DNA from: Anolis carolinensis | Taxonomy: Eukaryota | DNA: 64,000 bases | Direction: 5' to 3' | NCBI RefSeq assembly: GCF_035594765.1 | Contig: NC_085841.1 | Span: forward strand, 302,569,402-302,633,401 | Shown here: in pieces, positions 12,245-24,697 of the stretch | Layout of the letters: each line of letters opens with the position of its first letter | Numbering within the stretch: the first letter of the stretch is position 1 | Notes under the pieces: generated by a model | Databases searched by the model: none | What the model saw: the letters and a program-made list of their open reading frames with translations, nothing else | What the model was told of the DNA's origin: nothing | Program-made: the position numbers and the translations under genes

Positions 12245-13606
12245 CCCTACCCCAAATCCTTACCCTGCAATGACATGCAGTATGGAACTCCCCCCCCCCC
12301 ACCACCACCACCATATCTACAGTTTCATTTATGCTTATCTGAGAAAATATGTCCTCTCTTCCATTTTCTAAGTGCAAAGTATTCTTGGACCAGGAGTTCA
12401 TCCTTTCAATACAATTCATGGTTTTGCATCTACATGAAATCCAGGAACATATCTCCTGCAGACACGGAGTCATATTTTGTGTGCCTTAGGATCCCTGGGG
12501 TGTTTTCCACAGTCTCAGTACTTCAGATGATGCCATTAAAAGCAAAAGGAAACATAAGAATTGTAGTGGCTATTTTATACACCATTCCCTGCCTGTTGTG
12601 TTCCAAGAACCCAGATGTATGCAATGAAAGTGGTTCATTTCCATATTTTTACCAACAGTAACTTTTGGTGTGACCATGTTTTTTCTAACCAAGCCCTTAA
12701 TCAGAACCACTTTGCATTTTGCAGCAGCTGAATTGTATGTTTTCTACTAGAAACAGAACAATGGTGAAGGAACAAAGTGTGTCTCTACATGTCTTGCGTG
12801 TGCTGGGTGGCCATGCTTCTGATTCACAATTTGTTCAACAGCCAGAACCACACTCAGAGCATGGCTCCTATATAAAACATGAAGCAGCTCTAACTGTTTC
12901 ATCAGCAAACACTTCCAAGAAACCATCAAGGTTTGTATTTGCTCTGTGGTCAGAATGATTGGTAATGGAGATAAATTCTAGCCAGAGTTCTTTGTTCTCA
13001 CAGGACTACAGTTACCACCCTCTAGGGAAAATGATATCTTTCTTCAAAAATGGTGTTGGGTTTCTGAGTCTTCCCACAGTCTCTAGGAAGGTATGGAACT
13101 GTGCCAGAAAGCCAGGCTCCTGGGTTTGTAGAGAAGCTAAGGTAGGGTGCTGAGGAAGTAAGTGATAGAGGGATAGAAACAACAAGCCCAGCAAATCAAA
13201 AGCACAAGGACATTCCTAGAAATATACCCTGCCAGCAGCTTAATTAACCTACGGAAGCTTGCCATAAATGCCTGACAGCATGCACAAGAGTCCTAATGAT
13301 CAGATCTACAATTTTCTTTCCATCCAGGATAACAAACAAAGGCCAAGGCACTTTATACCCAGAACACATGGCCCTGCTTCTACTAAGACATTTACAAATG
13401 CTATTCAAAATGGAAAAAAAAAAAACCAAGTGTGTATCACTGCATCTGTGTCTCTACAATATTGCTCCCAATTAAGCTTTACAAGAACTTTGTCCTGAGT
13501 TTTTTCCTTCAAGAGTTCTCATTCCTGCAATCATAACCCTACAACTCTCCATCAGAGCCAAAAAACCTCCATTTTCTAGGCGAAGTACAGGAAAATGTGT
13601 CTGTTC

Positions 13607-13854
13607 CACGGTGGTGCAGTTGGTTAAACCCTTGTGCCAGCTGAACTGCTGACCTGAAGGTCGGCGATTTGAATCTGCAAAACGGATTGAGCTCCTGTCT
13701 GTCAGCCCCAGCTCCCATGCGAGGATATGAGAGAAGCCTCCCACAGGATGGTAACACATCCGGACGTCTCCTGAGCAATGTCTCTGCGAAGGGCCGATTA
13801 TCTCACACCAGAAGCAACTTGCAGTTTCTCAAGTCACTTCTAACATGATTAAAA
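13607..13854 (+). mobile_element. tRNA-derived SINE, same family as 51531-51821
   Basis: A-box/B-box-like head GGTGGTGCAGTTGGTTAA..GATTTGAATC; body and 3' end CAGTTTCTCAAGTC align with the 51.5-kb copy. Confidence 0.8.
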
Positions 13855-15150
13855 CCCACCATCTATTGGTGTTATGTATCTTCAAATTGACTCTGACTTA
13901 TAGTAACCTTATAGTAGGATTTTCTTGGCAATAGTTTCTCCAAGATATTTGCCATTGCCTTCCCCTCAGGTTGGGAGCACTGCGCCTTGGCCAAAGTGGC
14001 CCACTGGATTACCATGGTTGAGGGGATTTGGACCCTGGTTTCCTGAAATCCTAATCCAACACTCAAATGATTACACTGGGTCTTTTTCTTTACCACTCTC
14101 ATTATTTGAGGCTGCAGACATTCAACTCTAGGCTGTGGTTTATATGTATACCCAAAAAACTAAATCACAGTTTGAGTTATCCTGGACAGTTAAGACAAAG
14201 CATGATTTGATGTGACTAAGATATTTTGCTGATTCACTGAAAAGCAAACAGAAAGAAACCACAGAGAAACAATGCAGTTGTTATGAGATTTTGCACATAG
14301 CAGACCTCTCAAGCTTTCTGTGTTGCTTATGCAGGCTTGTATGCCAAACTGCTCATGTTCACACTTTCTTCTTTTTCTCGCTCTCTCACATATACCAGAA
14401 AATTGCTGTGCTGAAATTAAGGGATAGCCAATAATATGTGGATTAAAATTAGAGGTGGTTTGGCAAGAAATTTCAATGTTGCAGCAGCTCATAAACTCCT
14501 TGACAGCTTTAGCTTTCTCTGCACAACCTTCCAGACAGGATGGTGGAAAAATGGTCTCATTCCTCACCACAATCCAATTCCTTAGGTATGACATGAGCTC
14601 CCACAGTCTATTGCAGCTCAGCAGGAGAGCCCGTCCCATTAGATCCCATTGGACTGAAGAAAAGTAAATAGGTCATTTCCCAAGATTTTACTGTGGTTAG
14701 TTAAGAGGCTGGAGAGAGAGAGGTTCTGGGAGAGTTCATTGCTAAAATGAGAACAGTAACATAATACCTCTTATTAGAATAAAATAAGAATCATAAAGCA
14801 GTGAGCTAATTTTTGAATTTCACAGAACCCTCTGGGTTCCAGCAAGACATACGAAAGGAATGAATGAGAGGGAAAGGATACCACAAATAAGTATCCATGA
14901 ATGTAGATCCTAGTGTAGCTACACAACAAGTGATATCCTAGCCTAAAGGACACTAACGTAGGGCGCTTCCAGACAGCACTAAAACATGAGTTTTAAACAG
15001 AGGCAAAAAATCCCAGGACTTCAGAAGAGGTCCACATACAGACCTGTTAGTCCTGGGATTTCTACCTCCGTTGTCCAGACTTGCAGCTTTGTTCTGAGAT
15101 GTAGAGGCTCCCAAGATGACGGGACTTCTGCCAGAAACCTCGGCAGATTT

Positions 15151-15296
15151 ATGTTTATCCATACCTCACAACCTCTGAGGATGCCTGCCATAGATGTGGG
15201 CGAAACGTCAGGAGAGAATACTTCTGGAACATGGCCACACAGCCCGAAAGACATACAACAACCCTGTGATCCCGGCCATGAAAGCCTTCGACAACA
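15151..15296 (+). mobile_element. Solo Penelope pLTR fragment with an intact hammerhead motif
   Basis: 12-bp TSD CTCGGCAGATTT (15139-15150, 15297-15308). Nearly identical to 53824-53949 reverse-complemented. Confidence 0.85.
15165..15216 (+). ncRNA. Minimal type I hammerhead ribozyme motif (Penelope-associated)
   Basis: CUGAGGA (15175-15181), stem II GCCUGC/GUGGGC, GAAAC-GUC (15202-15209), stem I CUC..CCU / AGG.GAG. Confidence 0.75.
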
Positions 15297-15509
15297 CTCG
15301 GCAGATTTTTTTTTAAGGCCTTGGATGTGGATATACAGATATGTGGATCTCTGCAAAAGTTCCCTTCTTTGTCCTAAGCAAAAAACCTGTGCCCTCCAGA
15401 CATTTCTTGAAGTATCTGCCACACAAACAAACCTAATGAGGTAGGACCATTTCTGTCCAAGTCAGCACTGCACAATGGAACAGGAACACACTTTCAAGCC
15501 AGGAACATA

Positions 15510-16237
15510 CGGGGTTGAATGAAAAGTAATGCCTCCACTTTCGTTACTTGGGTTTGGATGGGAATATTTTAATAAATCAAACACAGAAATAATCCTTAGA
15601 ATGTGATCTTTAACTACCACTATTCACTTTTCCACATAATCACCAGACAATTGGATACATTTCTTCCAACGATGAACAAGTTTTCTGAAGCTGTCACAGA
15701 AGAAGTCTCACAGTACCCATCGTGCACAGATTTTCCGATAGCCAAGTAAGGCAATAATGTGACCCACATATTCTTGTGAAATGCCGATTATGCTTGAAAT
15801 TGATCATCCTGAATCAATATGTCAACCTTTTGCTTGTGAAACTCAGTGGTTGCTGTCACAGGACGTCCAACTCTTTGTCATGCAAGTCAGATGTTCCCAC
15901 CTCAACATCTTTAAACATATTTGCCCAACGACATACAGTACTCACATCAACACAATCACCATAAACAGCTTGCATTTTCTCATGAATCTCCTTTGGGGTG
16001 ACACTTTTTGCTGTCAAGAATTCAATGACTGCACGTTACTTAAGTCACATTGTCTGACCGTCTGCGCAGGGTTCCATACTTCGCACTTTAACAACACAAC
16101 CGTTCAATACTAAGGCTTCCCGCCAAATGGAACTGTAGAGGAGAGTCTACTGAACAAGCCAGTACCTGCCGCATACCAGTACTGCCATCTATTGAGGAGT
16201 TACGAAGGTGGAGGCATTACTTTTCATTCAACCTTCA
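15510..16237 (-). mobile_element. Internally deleted mariner (Tc1/mariner) transposon
   Basis: About 28-bp TIRs (GGTTGAATGAAAAGTAATGCCTCCAC) and TA TSDs. Minus strand holds transposase N-terminus (RAVIEFLTAKSVTPKEIHEKMQAVYG..VSTVCRW..GRPVTA) and C-terminus (FRKLVHRWKKCIQLSGDYVE). Confidence 0.92.
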
Positions 16238-17949
16238 TAACTTTGTTATTATTGACACTTTTTAGAGCCTGGCTGCCTGGCCATCTGTCCAGATAGATTT
16301 GGTTGTGTACTTGTGGCATGGAACAATGGGGTGCTGTTCCTGGGTTATACATAGCTGCATGACCTTGGCTCTCAGTATTTACATTCCACTCCAGCACATC
16401 CATGTCCCAACAGCCAGTAGTACATTTTTGCCATTTACTAAACTATACCCATGTTGTCAGCATACATCCAATGAGAAACGAACATGTATAACCCGGCAAC
16501 ATAATCCTGTTGTTCCCTGGCACAAGTACACTACAAAACCTGTCTGCGCAGATGGCCATACAAGGACTAATTACAGTAATTATGACATTCTGTTTCTGGT
16601 TTGAAAATGTCTGTTCCTGTGTCATTGTGTACTACTTAATGTGAAAGTACTTGTTGCACCCCAGGAACTTCATTTTTCTGCCACAAACTTCATTAAAGAG
16701 GTGAAGGCTGAAGTTCCTCTTCCCATGACAAAGTTTTTGCCTTCTACTCAAGTATCACCTTCTTTTTAGGAACTGACCAATCAGGAGCAAACATCTAAAA
16801 CCCAGGAACAAACCCAGATAGAAAATCCTGTGATTTCCAATTGCAGAGACATGCAGATATGTGAAGATCTGGATATTCGGCTAAAAATCACAATATTCCC
16901 GCACCTGGAAATCTCGCGTTCTTTGCGTTTTGTAGCGATTGCTTCTGAGTTTACAGGGAGCTGGAATAAAGTTACTGTCTGGATGGGCCCATAAAGTTCC
17001 CCAGAGAACTATGCCATGTCTCCTCTACTCCAGAACTCATTTAAGCTGGATTTATTCCTTCAAGGGTCACTAAAAGGATGCCAGCTCACATTTTAAGCTC
17101 AATCTGTAATGTTAAGATAATACTTGAAAAATTTCTCTCCAGATCACTTAAGTCTGTGAACAGTGAAGAGGTCAAAATATTAGCCAACCTACAGAGCAGG
17201 AGTAGCCATTGTATGTCACTCCAGATGTCAATGAACTGCAATTTCCAGCACTCCTAATAGCTACTTCTGGAAGCTAACTTTCATCAAAATTTGGAGGGCT
17301 ACAATAGTCCCACTATTGATACACAGAAACAAAAAATCAATGCCATATCTCTTATGAAAATATGTATGGCTGTAAATGCTTGACTTCATCACTAGTATTG
17401 ATTGTAGTGCTGGGTGATGTGTAGCCATCCAGATGTTGGACAGCTGTTTCCAAGACCCCTCACTTCAGTAAGCCAGCCAGGGCTGATAGGAGCTGCACTC
17501 TAACAGCATAGGAAAGGTTGTGTGTTTCCCAACCATCTGTTCCTGGCGTCTGTTATAAATCATGCAGTCAGAAACAGATTAGGCCAAATACATGCTAGAA
17601 AACAAACATCTCCATCAAATTATGGGATGATAAAAAGAGTTGGGGGGGGGGGCCGACGACAAATGAACCATTCCAAGAAGGGAGTGCTAAAATCCTAGCC
17701 ATCACCACTGAGAAGATCTCCTTTCTGAATCTTATTTCAACCTATCATCATCATCATTATCCTCATCACCACCCTCATCATCACATGCTGCTGTCATCTT
17801 ACAATCCCACTTTAGTATTTCTGGTTGAAAATGTGGATGTAAATGTGAATTTGGATTAAAATGACGCCACTAATCCAAAATGCCAAGGTTAAAAAGCAAA
17901 GCGGAACTTAGTCATACATATCCTGTACAGTTGAACATTAAAAGAACAA

Positions 17950-18548
17950 AACAATGGCTACAAATGCTTCACAATACTGTAGACAATGAAAACAATGAAG
18001 TAGTTAAAGATTTCCTATACCTTGGTTCAGTCATTAGTCAAAACAGAGACAGTAATTAAGAAATGAGAGCAGGATTAGGAAGGTCCAGCAATATAAGATG
18101 CTAGTTCTGACCTTTAAAACTCTTTACGGCCAGGGCCCATCGTACCTTAGGGACCGTCTCTCCTTCTCCCATCATCGGAGGAGATAGGAGGAAAATCAAC
18201 CCAGTTGAAATGATATGCTGAATTGCCAATGAGACAAACAAATAGGTCCTAGAGCCAATCAAGCCTGAACCCTTCCTACCGTAGAAGCCAGATGACTGAA
18301 CTGAGACTGCCATACTTGGGGCATAATGATAAAAAGACATGGCTCACTAGAAAAGTTAAAAATGCTTGGTAAAACAGATGACAATACGGAAAGATGAAGA
18401 TACCATTCTGTTGCACAGAATCAATCAGGGAAGCTCCGGCCCTGAGATTGCAAGACCTGAGCAGGGCTTTCGATAATGTGGTGGCTTTGAGGTCTCTCAT
18501 TCATAGGGTCATCATAAACTGAAGTACACTAGATGGCAACCAACAATA
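17950..18548 (+). mobile_element. Old RTE-clade LINE 3' fragment, with a short L2-like piece at ~18100-18175
   Basis: Decayed EVVKDFLYLGSVI and LRLPYLGH motifs; RTE-type 3' end. Confidence 0.6.
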
Positions 18549-18559
18549 ATGCTCCTCTA

Positions 18560-18966
18560 TGTTGTTTATTCATTCAGACATCTCCGACTCTTCATGACCT
18601 CATGGACCAGTTCATACCAGAGCTCCCTGTCAGCTGTCACCACCCCCAGCTCTTTCAAGGTCAAGCCAGTCACTTCAAGGATAACATCTTCTTTCTTTTT
18701 CATTCACTCAGTCATTTCCAACTCTTCGTGACCTCATGGACCAGTCCATACTACAGTTCCCTGTCAGCTGTCAGTGCCCCCAGCTCCTTCAAGGTCAAGC
18801 CAGTCACTTCAAGAATACCATCCATCCATCTTGCCCTTGGTCGGCCTCTCTTCCTTTTTCCTTCCATTTTCCCCAGCATCATGATCTTCTCCAAGCTTTC
18901 CTGTTTTCTCATGATGTGGCCAAAATACTTCATCTTTGCCTCTAATATCCTTCCTTCCAGTGAGCA
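18560..18966 (-). mobile_element. BovB/RTE LINE 3' ends, two tandem pieces (18560-18683 and 18700-18966)
   Basis: ORF 18751-19008 gives LEGRILEAKMKYFGHIMRKQESLEKIMMLGKMEGKRKRGRPRARWMDG, a typical RTE/BovB C-terminus. Confidence 0.85.
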
Positions 18967-19661
18967 AACATCAACCTGTTGGAAATAGCAACCTCCCAAG
19001 CCTCTCACTATTTGATTTATTAATGTATAAATTTGCTAACCTGTATTCTATGTATATGTTGATTTGCCAGTTTGACTGTACCTCTTTGGTGTGGGACAGG
19101 TTATAGACATGTGATTGTACTGAGCATGTTCAGATTCATGACTCAATTTTCTAGTCTGTATGTGTTTAGAATTCAATGGGAGCTGTGTGTGCCCAAACCT
19201 CAGTGGAGGTGGATGCATGTTGCTGTTTAGAGACTTTAATGGATACATGTATGCTTATGGACTTCTGTGAGTACAACTATACTAAAGACTATGGGCTATT
19301 GATTAAGAATGATACCCTGGGTACTCAATACAGAGAGAAGCTACATCCTATCTGTAACTGAACTTTAAGAAGAAATGTACCTGTAATTAATTAATTAATG
19401 ATGTTATATGTGTAAGCAAGATATGTTATTTTTCAAAGAAGACTTTGTTTGTTTTTTATCTCTGAGTGCATATTGTAAACTAAGAGGTTTCAATTGAATG
19501 TATATGTTTTGAGTAATTACAACTGCAACTGCAATTTCAACTTTTAAAAAAAACAACCATCCTCTGCTAACCAAATATATCTTTTGTAGTGGCATGTCTT
19601 TGTCCGTGGCAGTTCATGGTTCTTCAGTTTAACAGTTGAGTTACCTGTGTGCCATTACATG

Positions 19662-19920
19662 AATAATAATAATAATAATAATAATAACAACAACAACAAT
19701 AACAACAACAACTTTATTCTTATACCCCGCCCCCATCTCCCCAATGGGACTTGGGGTGGCTTACATGGGGCCAAGCCCAACCAAATGCAGCAAACAAAAT
19801 AAAACACAACAAAAGAAATACAACCATAGAATAAAAATTGTACACATTGAGATAATCAAGTTAAAATGGTGGGCATAATAAAACATAATTTAACATCAGA
19901 ATAAAAGTCATAAACTAGTT
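19662..19920 (-). mobile_element. L2 3' end with (TAA)n(CAA)n tail
   Basis: CTTTATTCTTATACCCCGCCCCCATCTCCCCAATGGGACTTGGGGTGGCTTACATGGGGCC matches the L2 terminus. Confidence 0.8.
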
Positions 19921-20264
19921 GGGCAAAGTGCACAGAGTGAGTTTGGAAACACAAGGTAGTTAGGTAAAGTGCTAAACTCAATGAAGGGGCCACTTGGGAT
20001 GGGGGTGGACCCTGTAACTATATCAAACTAATAGAGCAAAATAAGGTGCAACTGATAGGGAAATGGATACTTATGAATATCACTTGTTCAAAGGGTTGAC
20101 TTCTAACAAGGTCACGCTTTTCTTGACTAGTGGTTTTCAGAAGGTGGTCTCCACATGTTCACTGAGATTCACAATTGCCAAATGGATAGGGCATCATTTT
20201 TCCATTTCACTAAGGTTATGATTGCCATTTATTTCCAAAGACTGGGTGCAGTTTCCAGGGACTC

Positions 20265-21481
20265 GTCGTCGTCATCTCACTCGTTCAGTCGTTTTCGACT
20301 CTCTGTGACCCCATGGACCAGTCCATGCCAGAGCTCCCTGTCAGCCATCAGCGCCCCCAGTTCCTTCAAGGTTGAGCCAGTCACTTCAAGGATACCGTCC
20401 ATCCATCTCGCCCTTGGTCGTCCTCTCTTCCTTTTTCCTTCCATTTTTCCCAGCATCATGATCTTCTCCAAGCTTTTCTGTCTTCTCATGATGTGGCCAA
20501 AATACTTCAACTTTGCCTCTAATATCCTTCCCTCCAGTGAACATTATTTCCTGGAGGATGGATTGGTTGGATCTTCTTGTGGTCCAAGGCACTCTCAGGA
20601 TTTTCCTCCAGCATCAAAGTTCAAAAGCGTCTATCTTCCCTCGCTCAGTCTTCCTTATGGTTCAGCTCTTGCAGCCATAGATTACTATGGGGAATACCAT
20701 TGCTTTCACTATGCGGACCTTTGTTGCCAGTGTGATGTCTCTGCTTTTCAGTATTTTATCAAGGTTTGCCATTGCTCTCTTCCCAAAAAGTAGATGTCTT
20801 CTGATTTCCTGGCTGCAGTCTACATCTGCAGTGATCTTCGCACCTAGAAATATAATGTCTGTCATTGCCTCCATGTTTTCTCCCTCTATTTGCCAGTTGT
20901 CAATTGGTCTGGTTGCCATGATCTTGGTTTTCTTGATGTTTAACTGCAGCCCGGCTTTTACACTTTCTTCTTTCACCTTGGTGATAAGGCTCCTCAGCTC
21001 TTCCTCACTTTCAGCCATCAGAGTGGTATCATCTGCATACCTAAGGTTGTTAATGTTTCTTCCAGAAATTTTAACTCCAACCTTGGATTTGTCAAGCCCT
21101 GCACGTCCATGATGTCTTCTGCGTACAAGTTGAATAGGTAGGACGATAGTATACAGCCCTGCCGTACTCCTTTCCCAATCTTGAACCAGCCTGTCGTTCC
21201 GTGGTCTGTTCATACTGTGGCTACTTGGTCTTTATACAGATTTCTCAGGAGACAGACAAGGTGACTTGGTATCCCCATACCACCAAGCACATGCCACTGT
21301 TATGGTCCACACAGTCGAAGGCTTTAGAATAGTCAATAAAGCAGAAGTAGATGTTTTTCTGAAACTCCCTGGCTTCCTCCATTATCCAGTGGATATTGGC
21401 AATTTGGTCTCTTGTTCCTCTGCCTTTTCTAAACCCAGCTTGGACATCTGGCAGCTCTCGCTCCATGTATTGCTGAAGTCT
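20265..21481 (-). mobile_element. BovB/RTE LINE, 5'-truncated, fragmented RT
   Basis: ORF pieces QAGFRKGRGTRDQIANI..CFIDYSKAFDCVDH, INNLRYADDTTLMAESEEEL and MKYFGHIMRRQKSLEKIMMLGK. Possible TSD GGGACT. Confidence 0.92.
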
Positions 21482-21899
21482 GGGACTTCAGACTTCCCAT
21501 TCCAGGGACTGGGTGCAGTTATTTCCAATAGGTTATGCCCAAAAAGGGAAAGGGCGGGAGAGATGCACTCGAAACTGGTCTTGCTTGGCACCTGGGCTTG
21601 TGCCTGAGAGAAAGAGGAAGCCAAAAGGTCAGTTACCAGCCTCTTGGAAGCACCCTTCTCCATTCCCATGGAGGAAAGGAGAGATGAGGAGACAGTGGGG
21701 AAAACAACTCCAGCTGAACATTGAGGGTGAACTGTAAGAGCTGCTTCCTAGTGTTGTGGACTCCCCTTCTCTGGTGGTTTTGGAACAGAAGTTGGATGGT
21801 CATCCGGGTGACCCTGCAGGGCAGGAGGAGTCTTTTCTATGATTCTAGGTCGGGCTCTTCATGAACTGGGGGGCCTAGCTTGGAGCCAGCCTTTTGTCT

Positions 21900-22620
21900 G
21901 CATCTCCACGAGGGAAGGAAGGCAGGCAGGGCGGGAGGGCGGAGCCGTGGAAGTAACTCCGGGCTCCCCCAAACTCACTCACTCCCTTCCTTTGCCAGCT
22001 GGGCAAGTGACGTCAGGGTCCTCCGCGCCGCGCCAGGTTGGGTCCCCATGTGACCAGCTTAAACTCGTTCTGAAGACACAAAGGGAAGGAGGAGAGAGAT
22101 CGAGAGCCGGAGCCGGTTTAGCGGGGCAGGCGGTGGAGCGGAGCCCGCGGAGAAGAAGCAGCAGCCAGGAGCAGCCGCCGTCGCCGGGAGACTCGTCCAG
22201 GCGTCCATCCAGGCAAGAGCCCCGGGGCCCCCTCCCCATGCCCCCCGTGGGATGGAAGGCGAGGCGAGCGGGAGAGGACCCTTGGCCAGGCTTCGTGGGT
22301 CCCATCCGTGGGAGCCCAGCCTTGGCGACCCTCTCTCCCGCCCGTAGCAATTGTGGATCCAGGGCACGCTACTCTTGCAAGGCGCCCAGTTCGGAAAGTG
22401 GGCATCCTTTCCCGTCCCGTTAATCCGGGACAAACCCTAAGGAAGCCGTCGGTTTGAAGGCTAAACCGGGGATTGGGACTAACGGACTGGTGTCCCCGGA
22501 GCCCTGCGCGCCTCTTCCGATGGAAAGGGAAAGGCAGGCGTCGGGGACGCGGGAGAAAGACCCGGGGTGGCAGTGGGAGCCCATCCCCTGGATTCCCCCT
22601 TTCTTTCCCCTTGGGTGGCT
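21900..22620 (+). promoter_or_regulatory. CpG island promoter with a full palindromic CRE (TGACGTCA, 22008-22015), GC boxes and TATA-like CTTAAA (~22058)
   Basis: The only long non-repeat CpG-rich segment in the window. GGGCGG boxes at ~21929-21942. Target transcript uncertain (novel gene or distal MDK promoter). Confidence 0.75.
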
Positions 22621-22779
22621 GCCTTCCCTGGCCCTGGAACAGCAATTGGAAGGGGGATGGGACCCATTGTCTCTGCAAACTCTCTCCCTCAAAACCTCTC
22701 TCATAAGTGGGCTGTTGGAGATGCCACTGGACGGGACCCCTCATGCCTCTCCAGGGAAATCATGTGTGACAATTGATGA

Positions 22780-23436
22780 AGGGGTATGGTCATGTTCCTG
22801 AAGCATTCTCTCCTGACGTTTCGCACTCTCTCCTGACGTTTCACCCACATCTATGGCAGACATCCTCAGAGGTTGGGAGGTCTGTTGGGAACTAGGCAAG
22901 TGGGGATTGTATATCTCTAAAATATCCAGGATGGGAGAAAGAACTCTTGTCTGTTTCAGGCAAATGTGAATGTTGCTATGGGCCACCTTGATTAGCACTG
23001 AATAACCTTGCAGCTTCAAAGCCTGGCTGCTTCCTGCCTGGGGAAATCCTTTGCTGGGAGGTGTTAGGTGGCCCTGATTGTTTCCTGTCTGGATTTCCCC
23101 TGTTTCTGAGTGTTGTTCTTTATTTACTGTCCTGATTTTAAGGTTTTTTTAAATACTGGTGGCCAAATTTTGTTCATTTTCATTGCTTCCTCCTTTCTGT
23201 TAAAATTGTCCACATGCCTCAGGCAGACAATAGTTCTTTCTCCCACCCTGGACATTCCAGAGATATATAATTTAAACCCCACTCGCCTATTTTCCAATAG
23301 ACCTCACAACCTCTGAGGATGCCTGCTATAGATGTGGGCCAAACGTCACAAGAGAATGCTTCTGAAACATGGCCATACAGCCCAGAAAACTCACAGCAAT
23401 CCAGGGATTCTGGCCATGAAAGCCTTCCACGACATA
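22780..23436. mobile_element. Penelope-like element with head-to-head inverted pLTRs (22780-~23216 minus, ~23216-23436 plus)
   Basis: Matches 10080-10505 in reverse and then forward. Hammerhead core intact on minus (22835-22869) and mutated on plus (23313-23347). Confidence 0.85.
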
Positions 23437-23817
23437 GTGAAGACAGTGTTTGCAACCAAACAAATGGATGTGTTTGCTAGTAAGAGAAGGGACGGGACAG
23501 GGGAGCTTTCTTTCTAGCCCTAGAAAAAGCAATGAGGGGGCATTGTCTCTACAAACTCTCCATCAAAACCTGTCTCAAAAGGGGGCTGTTGGAGATGCCA
23601 CTTGAGGGACCCTTCATGCCTCTCCAGGAAAATCAAGTGTGACGGGGTCTCAAAGCAAATGGGTCGCTATCTCAGCCACCTTTGTGGACCATTGTGGGTT
23701 TTGAAGGGAAAGTAGCTGGAAGGAAGAGGTTCAGTCTGTCTGTCTGTCTGTCTTTCTTCTTTTCTTTGGGGCCCCTTCTGATAGCTATGACTCTAAATCC
23801 TGTTTCCCCACCTGTAG

Positions 23818-23969
23818 CTGCAAGGAGTGTGGTTTGTCTTGCTGGCACCACATGGCACCCCTTGCGAATCCATCCAGGAGACCTGTACCTTTCCATGCAT
23901 AGGCATGTGTGCCATGGAAAGCCTAATGGGAAACTCATGGCTTAATCACAATGCTATAAAGAGCCAGGA
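23818..23969 (+). other. Candidate internal exon of an unannotated transcript
   Basis: Acceptor TCCTGTTTCCCCACCTGTAG|, donor GGA|GTGAGT; one frame open throughout; GCCATGG at 23911-23917. No homology recognised. Confidence 0.35.
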
Positions 23970-24697
23970 GTGAGTTAAGTTTTGTCAAGTGAACTCAAGC
24001 ACACACCTTGAGTGTCTCTGAGTAAACTTTCTTTGGTCAGATGCACAATGTAACTGAAACAACGCTGAACTCTAATCTGGATAGTTTCAGCTGTCTGAGT
24101 TTAATGATTTTTAAACTGAAGGAATATGCCAATGTGTTGATTCCTGAACATTGTAGAGATCTGCGGTGCATGGCCCCCAAACCCCTTCCAGCCCCTCCAA
24201 CTCTAAAGCCATTTAACATGTGGCTTTTGCAGGCAGAGGAATGGCTGAAATGTTATGCTTTATGCAGAGAAGAAAAAGCAGGTTGGTTTTAATAGTGGTG
24301 CTGTGTTCCTCATCTCTTCCCTCAGCCTGGGACTCCCAATCTGGGCATTTGGAAACTTGAGAATGCACACAAAGCAAAATGAGGAGATTCGCTCTGATCA
24401 AAACCTTCTGCTTTTGGAAATGCTCCAGCCTAGAGAAGAATGAGGGAAGGGAGATGTTTCTCACCAGGGTTGATTCCAAGAAGGAAATGTCCCCAGGAAA
24501 CTAGGACACTTTGTCTTGCAGCACACATAATGCATATACAAACTAAGTCTTATTATTATTATTATTATTATTATCATCAACATCATTTATTTTATTTGTA
24601 CCTTGCCTTTCTCCCCATGGGGACTCAAGGTGGCTGACAACCACACACGTTGGTCACAATTTAAAACAAGGCAAATACAAAAAATGAAAAATAATTA

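Larger units (their letters stand above)
14961..16990. mobile_element. PIF/Harbinger-like non-autonomous element hosting nested insertions
   Basis: TIRs GGGCGCTTCCAGACAG / CTGTCTGGATGGGCCC; flanks GTA / ATA; internal inverted arms 15470-15507/16590-16630 and 16281-16352/16484-16556. Confidence 0.55.

Noticed and set aside
21839-22423. 194-aa ORF and overlapping ORFs in the CpG island
   Set aside because: GC-rich DNA lacks stops in all frames, the ATG lies upstream of the CRE/TATA-like elements, and no domain is recognisable.
23889-23921. Hairpin CTTTCCATG..CATGGAAAG as a pre-miRNA
   Set aside because: Stem too short (~13 bp) for Drosha/Dicer processing.
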